Shown here in pieces: positions 29,336 through 39,403 of a stretch of DNA of 64,000 nucleotides. Positions within the stretch are counted from its first letter, which is position 1; each line of letters starts with the position of its first letter. The notes under the pieces are model-generated. The model saw only the letters and a list, made by a program, of their open reading frames with translations, did not search any database and was not told where the DNA came from. This stretch comes from Bacillota bacterium (GTDB taxonomy: Bacteria; Bacillota; Limnochordia; Darwinibacteriales; DTU012): contig DUVS01000045.1 in NCBI GenBank assembly GCA_012840925.1, forward strand, positions 23,716 to 87,715, in the 5' to 3' direction. The position numbers were made by a program, and so were the translations under genes.

Positions 29336-31423
29336 GTGAGATTGATGAAAAATACTGCAGCAGCCACCATTATCTGCTTGGGATTGCTGGCCTGCATAGG
29401 TGGTATCGCTGCAGCTCCTTATCAAGGGTATATTTACAACTCCAGGAATGAGGCTGTTCATGCTCCCCAGGCATACCTTCCGGTGGAAGTGGTTGACGGT
29501 GAAGCCTTGGGCGTTGGCCCGTTCAAGGAACCGCGTGATCTTGCGGTTGGTAGCGACAGCAGGATCTATGTAGCGGATACAGGCAACAATCGCATTGTCT
29601 GCCTTGATGACAATGGGAACGCACCCAAGATCATTGCTCAATTTGAGGCTGACGGCAAACCTGATCAGCTGCGGGCCCCCACCGGTGTGTTTGTGACTGC
29701 GACAGGGGAATTGTACGTTGCAGATCGAGATAATGGCCGTATTATCCAGTTTGATGCTGATGGGAAGTTTATGCGGGAGATTGGTGCTCCCGATCTGATG
29801 TCCAATGCTTCAACTACCAACGATACGAGCTTCAGGTACAAACCTGCAAAAGTGGCGGTCGATCCCCTGGGCAGAATTTATGTGATTGCTGATGGTGTCT
29901 ATGACGGAATAATGGAGTTTGACAAAGATGGTACATTTAAGGGGTATGTAGGAGCTCCAAGGGTAAGGCCTACTTTATCGGAGATTTTCTGGCGCAGATT
30001 TGCCACTGAGGAGCAGAGACAGGCGATGGCGCTGTTTCTACCTGTGGAGTACCTCAGCATAGATGCGGATCAATATGGGTACGTGTTTGCGGTTGAAGCG
30101 GGAGATGCTCACGAAACTTCTATTAAAAAGCTGGTTCCAGGCGGCAGGGACGTTTTGACTAGGAATGGCTACGCACCGCCCAAGGGTGATTTGCTTGGAG
30201 AACGGTCCAAATTTGTGGATATCAAGGCGAGGGAAAATGGTATCTACAGTGTATTGGATCGAACTCGGGGGCGGGTATTTACATACGATAGCAACGGCTA
30301 TTTGTTATATATCTTTGGTACTTTGGGTGAAGCGTTTGGAGCTTTCAAACTGCCTGTGGCCCTGGAAGTGGTGAACGATGACATCCTGGTGCTTGATCTT
30401 GGTACCAACTCAATCACTCGGTTTCAACCAACGGCTTATGCTCAACTGATCCATACCGCCATTGACTGTTATGAACGCGGTGACTTGGCGGAATCAGTCC
30501 GGATTTGGGAACAAGTATTGCGCCTCAACGCTAATCTAGACTTCGCTTATCTATCCGTGGGGCGCTCCTACCTGACTCAAGGAAAATACCAGGAAGCAAT
30601 GGCTTACTCTAGGTTGGGCGACAATCGCGACTTGTTTTCAAAAGCCTTTAGTTATTACCGCAAAAGCGTAGTAGAGCAGTTTTTCAGTGTCTTTGCATTG
30701 GCGATCGCCGTAATTGTATTCCTGGCCAACAGGATTATGGCCCGGTCTGCACGAGCGGGTAAGCAAAGACACCTGGAGGAAGCGAGGCCTGAAGGTCTAG
30801 AACGGATTATCAGCCCGCTCAAATATGCCTTCCATGTTATCTTTCATCCGTTTGACGGATTTTGGGATTTAAAGCATGAACAACGGGGCACTGCTGGCGC
30901 TGCCACAGTAATCCTGGCATTGGTGATTGCCACCTATGTATTTATGAGACAGTATACTGGTTATCTATTTAACGCACGAGATGTTTCCAAAATGAACATC
31001 TACATGGATATCAGCAGCGTAGTGGTGCCATTTTTGTTGTGGTGCCTCGTCAATTGGGCATTGACCACGCTGATGGATGGCAAAGGGACCCTCAAAGAAA
31101 TCTACATTGCATCTGCATATGCCCTGGCACCGGTGGTCCTGATCAATGTGCCCATGACAGTGATCAGCAACTATTTGACGTTAAACGAAGGCTCATTCCT
31201 TTATTTGATGATCTCAATAAGTGTGATCTGGTCCGCTTTTCTGCTGTTTTCCGGAACAATGGTGCTGCACGAGTACGATGTGGCCAAGACAGTGCTGACT
31301 TCCATCCTGATTGTGATCGGGATCGGCAGCATCTTGTTTCTTGGACTGATTTTCCTGGATGTGATCAACTTGTTGTTAGGTTTTGTCACGACCATATACG
31401 CCGAGCTTGTCTTTAGGGTTTAG
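29336..31423 (+). CDS. NHL-repeat / TPR / Yip1-domain membrane protein
   Basis: Signal peptide, then NHL-type blades (RIYVADTGNNRIVCLD, ELYVADRDNGRIIQFD), a TPR-like segment, then a C-terminal 5-6 TM Yip1-like domain. The start (GTG 29336 or ATG 29345) is uncertain. Confidence 0.7.
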   Translation: MRLMKNTAAATIICLGLLACIGGIAAAPYQGYIYNSRNEAVHAPQAYLPVEVVDGEALGVGPFKEPRDLAVGSDSRIYVADTGNNRIVCLDDNGNAPKIIAQFEADGKPDQLRAPTGVFVTATGELYVADRDNGRIIQFDADGKFMREIGAPDLMSNASTTNDTSFRYKPAKVAVDPLGRIYVIADGVYDGIMEFDKDGTFKGYVGAPRVRPTLSEIFWRRFATEEQRQAMALFLPVEYLSIDADQYGYVFAVEAGDAHETSIKKLVPGGRDVLTRNGYAPPKGDLLGERSKFVDIKARENGIYSVLDRTRGRVFTYDSNGYLLYIFGTLGEAFGAFKLPVALEVVNDDILVLDLGTNSITRFQPTAYAQLIHTAIDCYERGDLAESVRIWEQVLRLNANLDFAYLSVGRSYLTQGKYQEAMAYSRLGDNRDLFSKAFSYYRKSVVEQFFSVFALAIAVIVFLANRIMARSARAGKQRHLEEARPEGLERIISPLKYAFHVIFHPFDGFWDLKHEQRGTAGAATVILALVIATYVFMRQYTGYLFNARDVSKMNIYMDISSVVVPFLLWCLVNWALTTLMDGKGTLKEIYIASAYALAPVVLINVPMTVISNYLTLNEGSFLYLMISISVIWSAFLLFSGTMVLHEYDVAKTVLTSILIVIGIGSILFLGLIFLDVINLLLGFVTTIYAELVFRV

Positions 31424-31440
31424 GAAAGAGGTTGGTTATT

Positions 31441-34437
31441 TTGCGAGAACACAGACTCATCAGCCTATTGGCTTTGGCAATCCTCATTGCGATCAGCTGC
31501 AGTTATTCAGCATTGGCTGCTGAGATCAGTTCTGACTTCTTACTGGCAGCTGAAAATGAGTATTTAGGTTTATATATCAACCACAATACCACCGAAATAG
31601 CGGTTCATGTCAAATCCGGGGATACGGTGTGGTATTCCAATCCCAAAGATAGAGAAACGCTGGAGAATGTCGGCGGATCTACGATAAAACAAGAGTTGAG
31701 CTCGCAGTTTTCATTTGCATATAGTGACGGGCGTTACACACTTAACAACTATGTAGATTCAGTACAGCATGAACAGTACGAAATCATTCCAATTGCCGAT
31801 GGTGTGCGGATCGAATACACCGTGGGCAAAAGGTATAATACGGAACACATCGTACCTCCAATGATCAGGCAAGAGCGGTTTGAAAGGATCATCCTGGACA
31901 GTATTGCAGATGCCAAGGACCGGCAGAGAGTTCAGGATGCCTATATCCTGGTGTCACTGGAAAAAACCGAAGGCTCTGAGCGGATTGCTCTGCCTGGCCT
32001 GGATATGGATCGGCTGTTTGGCGACTACCGCCTGGTATTTCATGATCCTGCTTTTCAAAACCTTGAGGAGGAGATTCGAGAACTAAACGCCCGAATTGCC
32101 GCTTTGACAGCTTCGGTCGTCACAGATCAAACTGAACTCAACAATTTAGTTCGACAGCGGGACAATGCCCAAAACAGGCTGGTGCGGGATACACAGACCA
32201 TGGCCAATCATTTTCTGGAGTTAATCCGCGATTACCGGGCAGATGTGGAGAGAGTGGCTGATCTCTCTTTCACTGATCTGAGCCAGCTTGTGGAAACGCC
32301 CACGTATGTCATCAGGCGGATTGCCGGTTTTCTCCAGCGTGAGCTGCAGCGAATCATTGACGCATCGGATTATACCTTTGAAGCTGCCCGTGATGATTGC
32401 TGGGCTAACAACCTTGACCGGCCGGCATACAATACACATGTCTTCTTCGTTCCGATGGAATACTTGTTGGACGGGCCCAATCTGGTGGTTCGGGTCCCAG
32501 TCAGTGAGATCGTGTACCCACAGCCCTTGTCAGCACAGCAGCGCCAGCAGTTGATCGAGGAGAAATCAAAACTGGTGGATCAGCTGCTGGATTTGAACAA
32601 TCAACTCAACCGGCATATCAAAGACACCAAGGATGGCCTGACAACGCTTGTTGATCGGAAATATCAGGCGCTAGCTGCGCAAATTGCCGAAATTACACGG
32701 GAAATAACTGAATTTGAGGAAGCCCATCAGCAAGTGCGGCCAAACCTTCCCATCCTGACATTCACCTTACTGCCTTACTTTGGAGCAGCATATCTGGATC
32801 AGGAAGGTTACATTTTCGTACCTGATGGATCTGGTGCGTTGATCTACCTTAACAACGGTAAAACTACCTCGTCGATTTACAGCCAGACGATTTACGGTGA
32901 TGACTTGTCATTCGGCCCGAGAGAGATGCCGCTGATCCGTACCTTGAACCACCTTCCTGTCTTTGGATTGAAGCAGGGCGATCAGGCATTCCTGGCAATC
33001 ATCGAAGAGGGCGAGGCACTGGCGCGCATTCAAGCAGATGTTGCAGGCAAGCTTCATTCATATAACGTTGTCTATCCCCAATTCACCCTCCGCCCTTCTG
33101 TAATGTCGATAGTGCGCCGTTATCAGTCACGGCTTTACCAGGGAGATATCCGGGTCCGCTATTCATTTCTTGATGGACAAGCCGCTAACTACGTGGGCAT
33201 GGCTCATGCCTATCAGGATTACCTTAAAGAGCAATTTGAGCTGAAACCATTGTCTAGGCAAGAGGACATTCCGTTTTTCCTGGATCTGATTGGAGCAACT
33301 ATTGTAAACAGACCAATTCTAGGTATTTCCCGGAAAGTGACTGTCCCTCTTACCACTTATCAGCAGGCAGAACAGATTCTGACAGCCCTGGAGTCCCTTG
33401 GCATCGAGGCTGTGTTGCTGCGGTACTTAGGATGCCTGCAAGATGGGCTCAAGCATGTGTACCCTAAAGACATTCGTTTGGAAAAGGTGTTGGGAACGCA
33501 GGCTGAGCTGGAAGCTCTCGCTGAAAGACTGGGAACTGCCGGGGGACGGTTGTATTTGGGAGTCGATTTCGTCAATGTATACCCTAAGACTCTCTATCAA
33601 GGTTTTCGCCCAGCCAGAGACGCTGCCCGATTGTTAGACGGGCTGCTGGCCAAGAACTACAGGTATAACGCTGCCACAGGCCAACCCGATCCGGACGATT
33701 ACCGCTTTATCCTGTCACCAAGGGCGCTTGGGCCGTTGGTTGACAGCTTCTTTACCAGTCTGCATGCTCGCCAGATATATGGTATTGCACCATTGGAAAT
33801 GGGCCTGCAGGTGAACTCAGATTTCCGGAGTTCTCCAGAACAGACAGTTGATCGCCAACAAGCTGTCCATATCTTGACGGAACAGCTGCGGAAAATGACA
33901 GCAGACTATGATACCGACTTGATCATTGAAGGAGCCAATGCTTATGCGCTGCCATATACGAATGCCATCGTCCAGATGCCCATGGACAGTACAAACTACA
34001 ATATCGTCGACCAAACTGTCCCGTTTTACCAAATCGTTCTGCATGGATTTGTAGATTATACCGGTAAACCCATCAACTTGGCAGGGGACGATCCACTTTA
34101 CAGGCTGAAATTGCTGGAAACCGGCGCACTGCCGTACTACCAGTGGTCTTATGCCAATTCAATGGAAATCAAAGGTACCGATTCTGAATACCTCTATTCT
34201 CTGCACTATGGAGATTGGTTGGCAGACGCTGCAGACTTCCATGCAGTGGCCAACGAAGTGTTGAGTTTGGTGCGCGTTGAACGGATTGTTGATCATCAGC
34301 AAGTGGCGGGCAATGTCTACAAGACAGTTTATGAGAACGGAGCCGCGATTATTGTCAACTACAATCAAGTACCGGTTGAGGTTGATGGTTTGCCGGTTGC
34401 AGCACTGGGTTTCCGGTTAGTATGGGGGAATTATTAA
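31441..34437 (+). CDS. large secreted DUF5696-like protein with central coiled coil
   Basis: About 1000 aa. SPI-type signal peptide (SALA/AE). Long heptad-rich region (LEEEIRELNARIAALTA...). TTG start chosen for RBS spacing. The partner of Yip1 proteins in ABC-transporter cassettes is recalled from memory and was not searched. Confidence 0.6.
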   Translation: MREHRLISLLALAILIAISCSYSALAAEISSDFLLAAENEYLGLYINHNTTEIAVHVKSGDTVWYSNPKDRETLENVGGSTIKQELSSQFSFAYSDGRYTLNNYVDSVQHEQYEIIPIADGVRIEYTVGKRYNTEHIVPPMIRQERFERIILDSIADAKDRQRVQDAYILVSLEKTEGSERIALPGLDMDRLFGDYRLVFHDPAFQNLEEEIRELNARIAALTASVVTDQTELNNLVRQRDNAQNRLVRDTQTMANHFLELIRDYRADVERVADLSFTDLSQLVETPTYVIRRIAGFLQRELQRIIDASDYTFEAARDDCWANNLDRPAYNTHVFFVPMEYLLDGPNLVVRVPVSEIVYPQPLSAQQRQQLIEEKSKLVDQLLDLNNQLNRHIKDTKDGLTTLVDRKYQALAAQIAEITREITEFEEAHQQVRPNLPILTFTLLPYFGAAYLDQEGYIFVPDGSGALIYLNNGKTTSSIYSQTIYGDDLSFGPREMPLIRTLNHLPVFGLKQGDQAFLAIIEEGEALARIQADVAGKLHSYNVVYPQFTLRPSVMSIVRRYQSRLYQGDIRVRYSFLDGQAANYVGMAHAYQDYLKEQFELKPLSRQEDIPFFLDLIGATIVNRPILGISRKVTVPLTTYQQAEQILTALESLGIEAVLLRYLGCLQDGLKHVYPKDIRLEKVLGTQAELEALAERLGTAGGRLYLGVDFVNVYPKTLYQGFRPARDAARLLDGLLAKNYRYNAATGQPDPDDYRFILSPRALGPLVDSFFTSLHARQIYGIAPLEMGLQVNSDFRSSPEQTVDRQQAVHILTEQLRKMTADYDTDLIIEGANAYALPYTNAIVQMPMDSTNYNIVDQTVPFYQIVLHGFVDYTGKPINLAGDDPLYRLKLLETGALPYYQWSYANSMEIKGTDSEYLYSLHYGDWLADAADFHAVANEVLSLVRVERIVDHQQVAGNVYKTVYENGAAIIVNYNQVPVEVDGLPVAALGFRLVWGNY

Positions 34438-35342
34438 TGAAACACAAACGACGTTTTCTGACAATGAAAGGGCGCAAGTATCTGACCGGATTCATGTTCG
34501 TGTCGCCTTTTGTGATTGGTTTTATCTGTTTCTTTCTATATCCGTTTATCCAGTCGATTGTGTTCAGTTTCAATCAACTCGAGATCACATCCACCGGCTA
34601 TGTCCTGCATTATGTCGGCTTTGCCAACTACCATAATCTATTGTTTGTGCATCCCAACTTTCGTATTGCCTATGTTGATACGCTGATCCAGATGCTTTCG
34701 AGAGTTCCTGCCATACTCATTTTCAGTTTCTTCGCAGCTAACATGCTCAACCAAAAGTTTAGGGGGCGCACTCTTGCCCGAGTGGTATTCTTCCTGCCGG
34801 TAATCATGGGGGCACAGGCTGTATTGGCGCTGCAGAGCACCGACCATATGCAAAAAGCTATGAGTTATTCCAAGATTGGAGCAGAGCTCGGCATGTTTTC
34901 CGGCAGTGAGCTCAGGAACTACCTGCTTGAGCTGCAGCTGCCGGAGGGCCTGCTTAACTATGTTTTCAACGCAGCGGATAGTGTGCCGCAGATTATCAAC
35001 AGTTCTGGCATACCAATTCTAATCATCTTGGCGGCCCTGCAGTCTATTCCGAGCTCAATCTTTGAAGCAGCGAGCATTGAGGGTGCCACGAGGTGGGAGT
35101 GTTTCTGGAAAATCACTTTTCCCATGATCTTGCCCATGATTATGGCTAGTGTGGTTTACACGATTGTTGAATCATTCACTTCTCCCTACAACCAACTGGT
35201 AAACCTGATTAAGACAACTACTTGGCAAGGGTCGGGGTTTGGTGTTAGTGCCGCAATGAGCTGGTTTTACTTTATGACTATCGCAGTAGTTCTGGCTGTT
35301 GTAATGTGCATCATGTCCAAATCGTCGCAAAGCCAGTCGTAG
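34437..35342 (+). CDS. carbohydrate ABC transporter permease (MalF/UgpA-like, CUT1)
   Basis: Six-TM binding-protein-dependent permease with an EAA-like loop (SIEGATRWECFWKITFP). ATG overlaps the upstream stop (TAATG). Confidence 0.85.
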   Translation: MKHKRRFLTMKGRKYLTGFMFVSPFVIGFICFFLYPFIQSIVFSFNQLEITSTGYVLHYVGFANYHNLLFVHPNFRIAYVDTLIQMLSRVPAILIFSFFAANMLNQKFRGRTLARVVFFLPVIMGAQAVLALQSTDHMQKAMSYSKIGAELGMFSGSELRNYLLELQLPEGLLNYVFNAADSVPQIINSSGIPILIILAALQSIPSSIFEAASIEGATRWECFWKITFPMILPMIMASVVYTIVESFTSPYNQLVNLIKTTTWQGSGFGVSAAMSWFYFMTIAVVLAVVMCIMSKSSQSQS

Positions 35343-35359
35343 GAGGAGGTAAAAACCAG

Positions 35360-36268
35360 GTGCGAAAACATGTGCGCTTATCAAAGGTACTAGCCGGCTG
35401 CGGAAGCCTTTTCCGAACTGTAATGATTGTCGGCATTGGATTCGTGATCTTGTACCCACTGCTGGTGCAGATTTCCTCTGCATTTATGGCACCGGGAGAT
35501 TTGAACGATCCTACCGTGCATTGGATTCCAAAGCACACAACCCTGGACAACTTCGGCAAGGCTGTTGAAGTTTTGAAATATGACCGCGCTGTTAGGAATA
35601 CGCTGCTGTTATCGTTGACAGTAAGCTTGGTGCAGTTGATTTCATGTACGTTTATCGGATATGGATTTGCCAGGTATAAGTTTCCCGGCAGTCGTCTTCT
35701 GTTTGGGTTGGTCCTTCTAACATTGATTGTGCCGCCGCAAATGATCATGGTTCCGTTGTTCCTGAATTTCCGCTTTTTCAACCTGTTTGGCTTGTTGGGA
35801 AACGGGATTAATCTACTGGGTTCTTTCTGGCCATATCTTATGATGGGAATCACGGGCACCGGGATCAAAAACGCTCTGTTTATCTACATAACACGGCAGT
35901 ATTTTGCAGGGATGTCAGAGAGCCTGGAAGAAGCTGCCTACATTGATGGCGCTGGTTCGATTCGCACCTTTTTCAAGGTCATGCTGCCGAACGCAGTGCC
36001 AGTGTTGGTTGTTGTCTTTTTGTTTTCGTTTGTGTGGGTTTGGAATGACATGTTTTATGCACAGATGTTTCTAACGGGAACTGACAATCTGGCGCTGGCT
36101 ATTGCGGATCTGCCGCTCTTGACGAGGTATCTGTATGGCGATCATGAGCGCAATACACTGATCCATAATGCAGCGACTTTGCTTTATATAGCACCAATGC
36201 TTTTGTTATATACCGTCTTGCAGAGATTCTTTATTGAAAGTGTTGAAAAAACGGGTCTGGTTGGCTGA
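35360..36268 (+). CDS. carbohydrate ABC transporter permease (MalG/UgpE-like, CUT1)
   Basis: Permease with EAAYIDGAGSIRTFFKVMLP signature. GTG start 10 nt after GGAGGAGG. Confidence 0.85.
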   Translation: MRKHVRLSKVLAGCGSLFRTVMIVGIGFVILYPLLVQISSAFMAPGDLNDPTVHWIPKHTTLDNFGKAVEVLKYDRAVRNTLLLSLTVSLVQLISCTFIGYGFARYKFPGSRLLFGLVLLTLIVPPQMIMVPLFLNFRFFNLFGLLGNGINLLGSFWPYLMMGITGTGIKNALFIYITRQYFAGMSESLEEAAYIDGAGSIRTFFKVMLPNAVPVLVVVFLFSFVWVWNDMFYAQMFLTGTDNLALAIADLPLLTRYLYGDHERNTLIHNAATLLYIAPMLLLYTVLQRFFIESVEKTGLVG

Positions 36269-36365
36269 TCAACCAGGCATGAAGGGGGGTGGCCGATCGG
36301 GAGTGACGAGTCGTCAAAAAGGATGGATATGCAGATCAGATCAAGTCGACAAAGGAGGAAAAGAC

Positions 36366-37676
36366 ATGAAGAGAAGATTTGTTGTTATGCTTACAGTTGC
36401 TTTACTGCTGATTATTTTATCGGCAAACGTCTACGGCAGTTGGCGTGAGGTTCCGGATCTGGGTGGCCGGACTGTGACAATCGCCACATACAACGTACAC
36501 CTCATCGATAACTACTTTAATGATGGCCTGGGCCGTGGACGGTTAGAGATGGTTGAAGAGATGTTCAACTGCAACATTGAATTCTATGAACTGACCTGGG
36601 AAGGTGCCATTGATACAATCATGGCCAGCCACATGGCAGGAGATCCAGTTGGTGATATTTATTCATTCCCAAATCACTGGATGGTGGAGCTTGCCTCACA
36701 GGGAGCCTTGCTGCCGCTAGACGGCATTTTGGATGATGAGTACTATGCCAGCCTGCCTGGAATGCATTCCCGGATGCGGGAGCTTTACTCTACATTTCAA
36801 GGTAAAGCTTATGGCTTCTCCACAAACGATGAACTAGAGCGCGACAACGATGTCCGTTCAGGCCATGTGATGTATTGGAACAAGGACATGTTCGCCGCTG
36901 AAGGCCAGCCTGACTTGTACGAACTGATGCAAAACGGTGAGTGGACATGGGATAAGATGCTGGAGATCGCCAAAGCTCTGACCAAGGACAAAGATGGTGA
37001 TGGTGAGATCGACCAATGGGGCCTAGATATCCGCTGGGGAGCTGCTGATTTTGTCCAGATTTTGGTATTAACCAACAGCGGCAGTTACATTGCCGATATC
37101 GACGGTAAAATGACGTTTACCGGCAACGATGACAAAGTACTGGAAGCAATTCAGTTCTTGCACGATTTGATTTATGTTCACAAAGTTGTGGGTCCAACTA
37201 ATTCATTTGGAAAAGGCCAGGCAGCTATGGGCCGCTTTGCCTTCGCCAACATGAACGCCAAACTATCTTTTGAACGCGGTGTAGCCTACTGGCCAATGGG
37301 ACCGCAGGCAGATAGCCATGTCTTGCCACTTTGGGGACCGCGTCTGGCTGCTTTGCCTGCTGGGGTCGAGAATCCAGCAGCAATGATTGCCATTGTCAAC
37401 GCACTGTTTGAAGTGACCAGTGATTACCGTGATCTTGCCGCATATGAAGAAGAGATTCTGGAAAGGTACCTGCCTTACTTCCATGATTTTGAGTCGTATG
37501 AAGTGATGGCCGAGATGATCAACAACGGTGTGATGACAATGGTGCTGCCGGGAACCGAAGAAATAGGCTGGGCAGATGCACTCAACAGCGCCATCGAGGG
37601 GAATACGAGCCCCAAGGCTGCAATGGATGCCATCGCTCCTGCGATGCAGCGCTTGATAGACGAAATTTATAACTAA
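36366..37676 (+). CDS. extracellular solute-binding protein (family 1), no lipobox cysteine
   Basis: 436 aa. Signal peptide LLLIILSANVYG without Cys. Paralog of the fragment at 1..732. RBS AAAGGAGG. Confidence 0.85.
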   Translation: MKRRFVVMLTVALLLIILSANVYGSWREVPDLGGRTVTIATYNVHLIDNYFNDGLGRGRLEMVEEMFNCNIEFYELTWEGAIDTIMASHMAGDPVGDIYSFPNHWMVELASQGALLPLDGILDDEYYASLPGMHSRMRELYSTFQGKAYGFSTNDELERDNDVRSGHVMYWNKDMFAAEGQPDLYELMQNGEWTWDKMLEIAKALTKDKDGDGEIDQWGLDIRWGAADFVQILVLTNSGSYIADIDGKMTFTGNDDKVLEAIQFLHDLIYVHKVVGPTNSFGKGQAAMGRFAFANMNAKLSFERGVAYWPMGPQADSHVLPLWGPRLAALPAGVENPAAMIAIVNALFEVTSDYRDLAAYEEEILERYLPYFHDFESYEVMAEMINNGVMTMVLPGTEEIGWADALNSAIEGNTSPKAAMDAIAPAMQRLIDEIYN

Positions 37677-37682
37677 GCGAAT

Positions 37683-37715
37683 GTGAAACCCCCTAATGGG
37701 GATAGGGGGTTTCAC
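37683..37715 (+). other. perfect 12-bp stem-loop GTGAAACCCCCT-aatggggat-AGGGGGTTTCAC in the SBP to downstream-gene spacer (no U-tract)
   Basis: Seen directly. Typical position of intra-operon mRNA stabiliser or attenuator hairpins after SBP genes. Confidence 0.6.
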
Positions 37716-37729
37716 CAAAAGAGGTAGCC

Positions 37730-39376
37730 ATGGAAAACTTGATTCACAGAGTACAAATCATGCCGCGCATTCCAAGCCCATTTACAATGCGCAACTGGAA
37801 AGAAGTTGCCCGAGGGTACGATGCTCTGGTTTTCAATTCTGAACTGCAGGGCAAATATCTGCCGCTGATCTCGTGGGAGCGCAAGCAGCCAAACTTCCTG
37901 ATTAGCACTTTCCGTTTACCGTCGTATGTCGGGCAGGCGGCAAAAGGTGAGGCGATCAATCAGTTAGCGGCAGTTGCCGGCAGTTCCCTTGTAGGGATTG
38001 ACAAATCTGATCAAGACGGCCACAACTGGGTGCTGATGGCCAGCCAGTACTACAATCATCAGACGCAGTTGATCAGCAACAATATGGCCGGCGGGAGAAA
38101 AAGCGGAGGTTCATTCTGGTATCAGATACTTCCCAGCATCCTGTTTTACCAGCTTGTGTCCCTGTATCCTCAGACAGCTCAAGAACAGATCCCGCTCAGT
38201 GACGGGTCCAGGTCTATGTGTATGGATGAAATGATGTACCTTAACGCGGAACGCTTCTGTCAGGCAGCTGAGGTGATGGGTTCAGGGCCAGATGCCTATT
38301 TGTGGACAAGCTTTGATTTCGAAAGTATGGAACCTGCTTTTAATGGCATATGGAGAGAACCGGACGCTGCAGCAGGCATAGCTTGGTTAGAGTACATGGC
38401 TTATGTGAAGTTCGGCTGTGCAAAATTCTTACACGCTGCCGAGCTGGCATTGAGATCATTGGAAAGCATGACCTGCAATCCTTTGTACGAGTTGTTGTTG
38501 ATTTACGGGACTTATCTTGCTGCTCGGATCAACGCTGAGTTAGGGCGCAGCTACGATCTAAACAAGTTAATCAACTGGTGTTTTGATCCATCGGATGCCC
38601 GTGTTGGCTGGGGTCGGCCCGATTGGGGCATCATTGCCGAGAATTGGGCAGGCCTTGATGCCTACGGATTGCAGGGGAGTGTCACTGACAGTGGAGGCTA
38701 TGCCTTTGCGATGAACACGTATCAATGGGCGGGAATCCTGATTCCATTAGCCCGGTATGATCAGAGCTACGGGCGCCAAATCGGCAAATGGATTCTCAAT
38801 CTGGCCAATAATGCACGCCTGTTTTACAGCATCCATCACTTGCCGCAGCACCAGTCAAACAGCGTTTGGGATGCGGATCCCAACAGCTATATCGCTTACG
38901 AAGGGCTCCGCAAACAAGGCCCGGTTACAGCTCCGGTAGAGAAGCAAGTCAGCCCGTATGCCACAGGCGATGCTATGCGCAACAATTGGGCCCCCACCAA
39001 TTACTGCCTGTACGGTTCATCGCATGTAGGATATTTGGCAGCGCCGATCGGATTTACCGATGATCCAAGAATCCTGCAGCTGGATCTCTGTGTAACTGAT
39101 TTCTTTGGTGATCAGGCTTATCCAACATATCTTTACTACAACCCATATGATGTGGCTAAAAGGGTGATTGTCGATGTTGGTACAGATCCAGTTGGCCTGT
39201 ATGATACAGTCAGTCACTCCTTCCTGGCCAGGCGGGCATCGGGCGAGACGATGGTGACAATTCCTCCGGATCAGGCAGTGATCCTGGTACTGGTGCCTTC
39301 AGGCGCAAAAATGGATGTGCAAAATAACAAGCTAGTATACGATGGCGTGGTTGTAGACTATCATTGGGCTGAGTGA
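37730..39376 (+). CDS. conserved protein of unknown function, cytoplasmic paralog (candidate new CAZyme family)
   Basis: 548 aa, no signal peptide. Strongly collinear with the N-terminal about 540 aa of 42764..45166 (blocks MPRIPSPFTMRNWKEVARGYDAL, SLVGIDKSDQDGHNWVLM, GGSFWY, NPLYELLLIYGTYLAARINAELG, YPTYLYYNPYD). Confidence 0.7.
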   Translation: MENLIHRVQIMPRIPSPFTMRNWKEVARGYDALVFNSELQGKYLPLISWERKQPNFLISTFRLPSYVGQAAKGEAINQLAAVAGSSLVGIDKSDQDGHNWVLMASQYYNHQTQLISNNMAGGRKSGGSFWYQILPSILFYQLVSLYPQTAQEQIPLSDGSRSMCMDEMMYLNAERFCQAAEVMGSGPDAYLWTSFDFESMEPAFNGIWREPDAAAGIAWLEYMAYVKFGCAKFLHAAELALRSLESMTCNPLYELLLIYGTYLAARINAELGRSYDLNKLINWCFDPSDARVGWGRPDWGIIAENWAGLDAYGLQGSVTDSGGYAFAMNTYQWAGILIPLARYDQSYGRQIGKWILNLANNARLFYSIHHLPQHQSNSVWDADPNSYIAYEGLRKQGPVTAPVEKQVSPYATGDAMRNNWAPTNYCLYGSSHVGYLAAPIGFTDDPRILQLDLCVTDFFGDQAYPTYLYYNPYDVAKRVIVDVGTDPVGLYDTVSHSFLARRASGETMVTIPPDQAVILVLVPSGAKMDVQNNKLVYDGVVVDYHWAE

Positions 39377-39403
39377 TTCACAGATATTGATAGGAGGCGA
39401 CAG

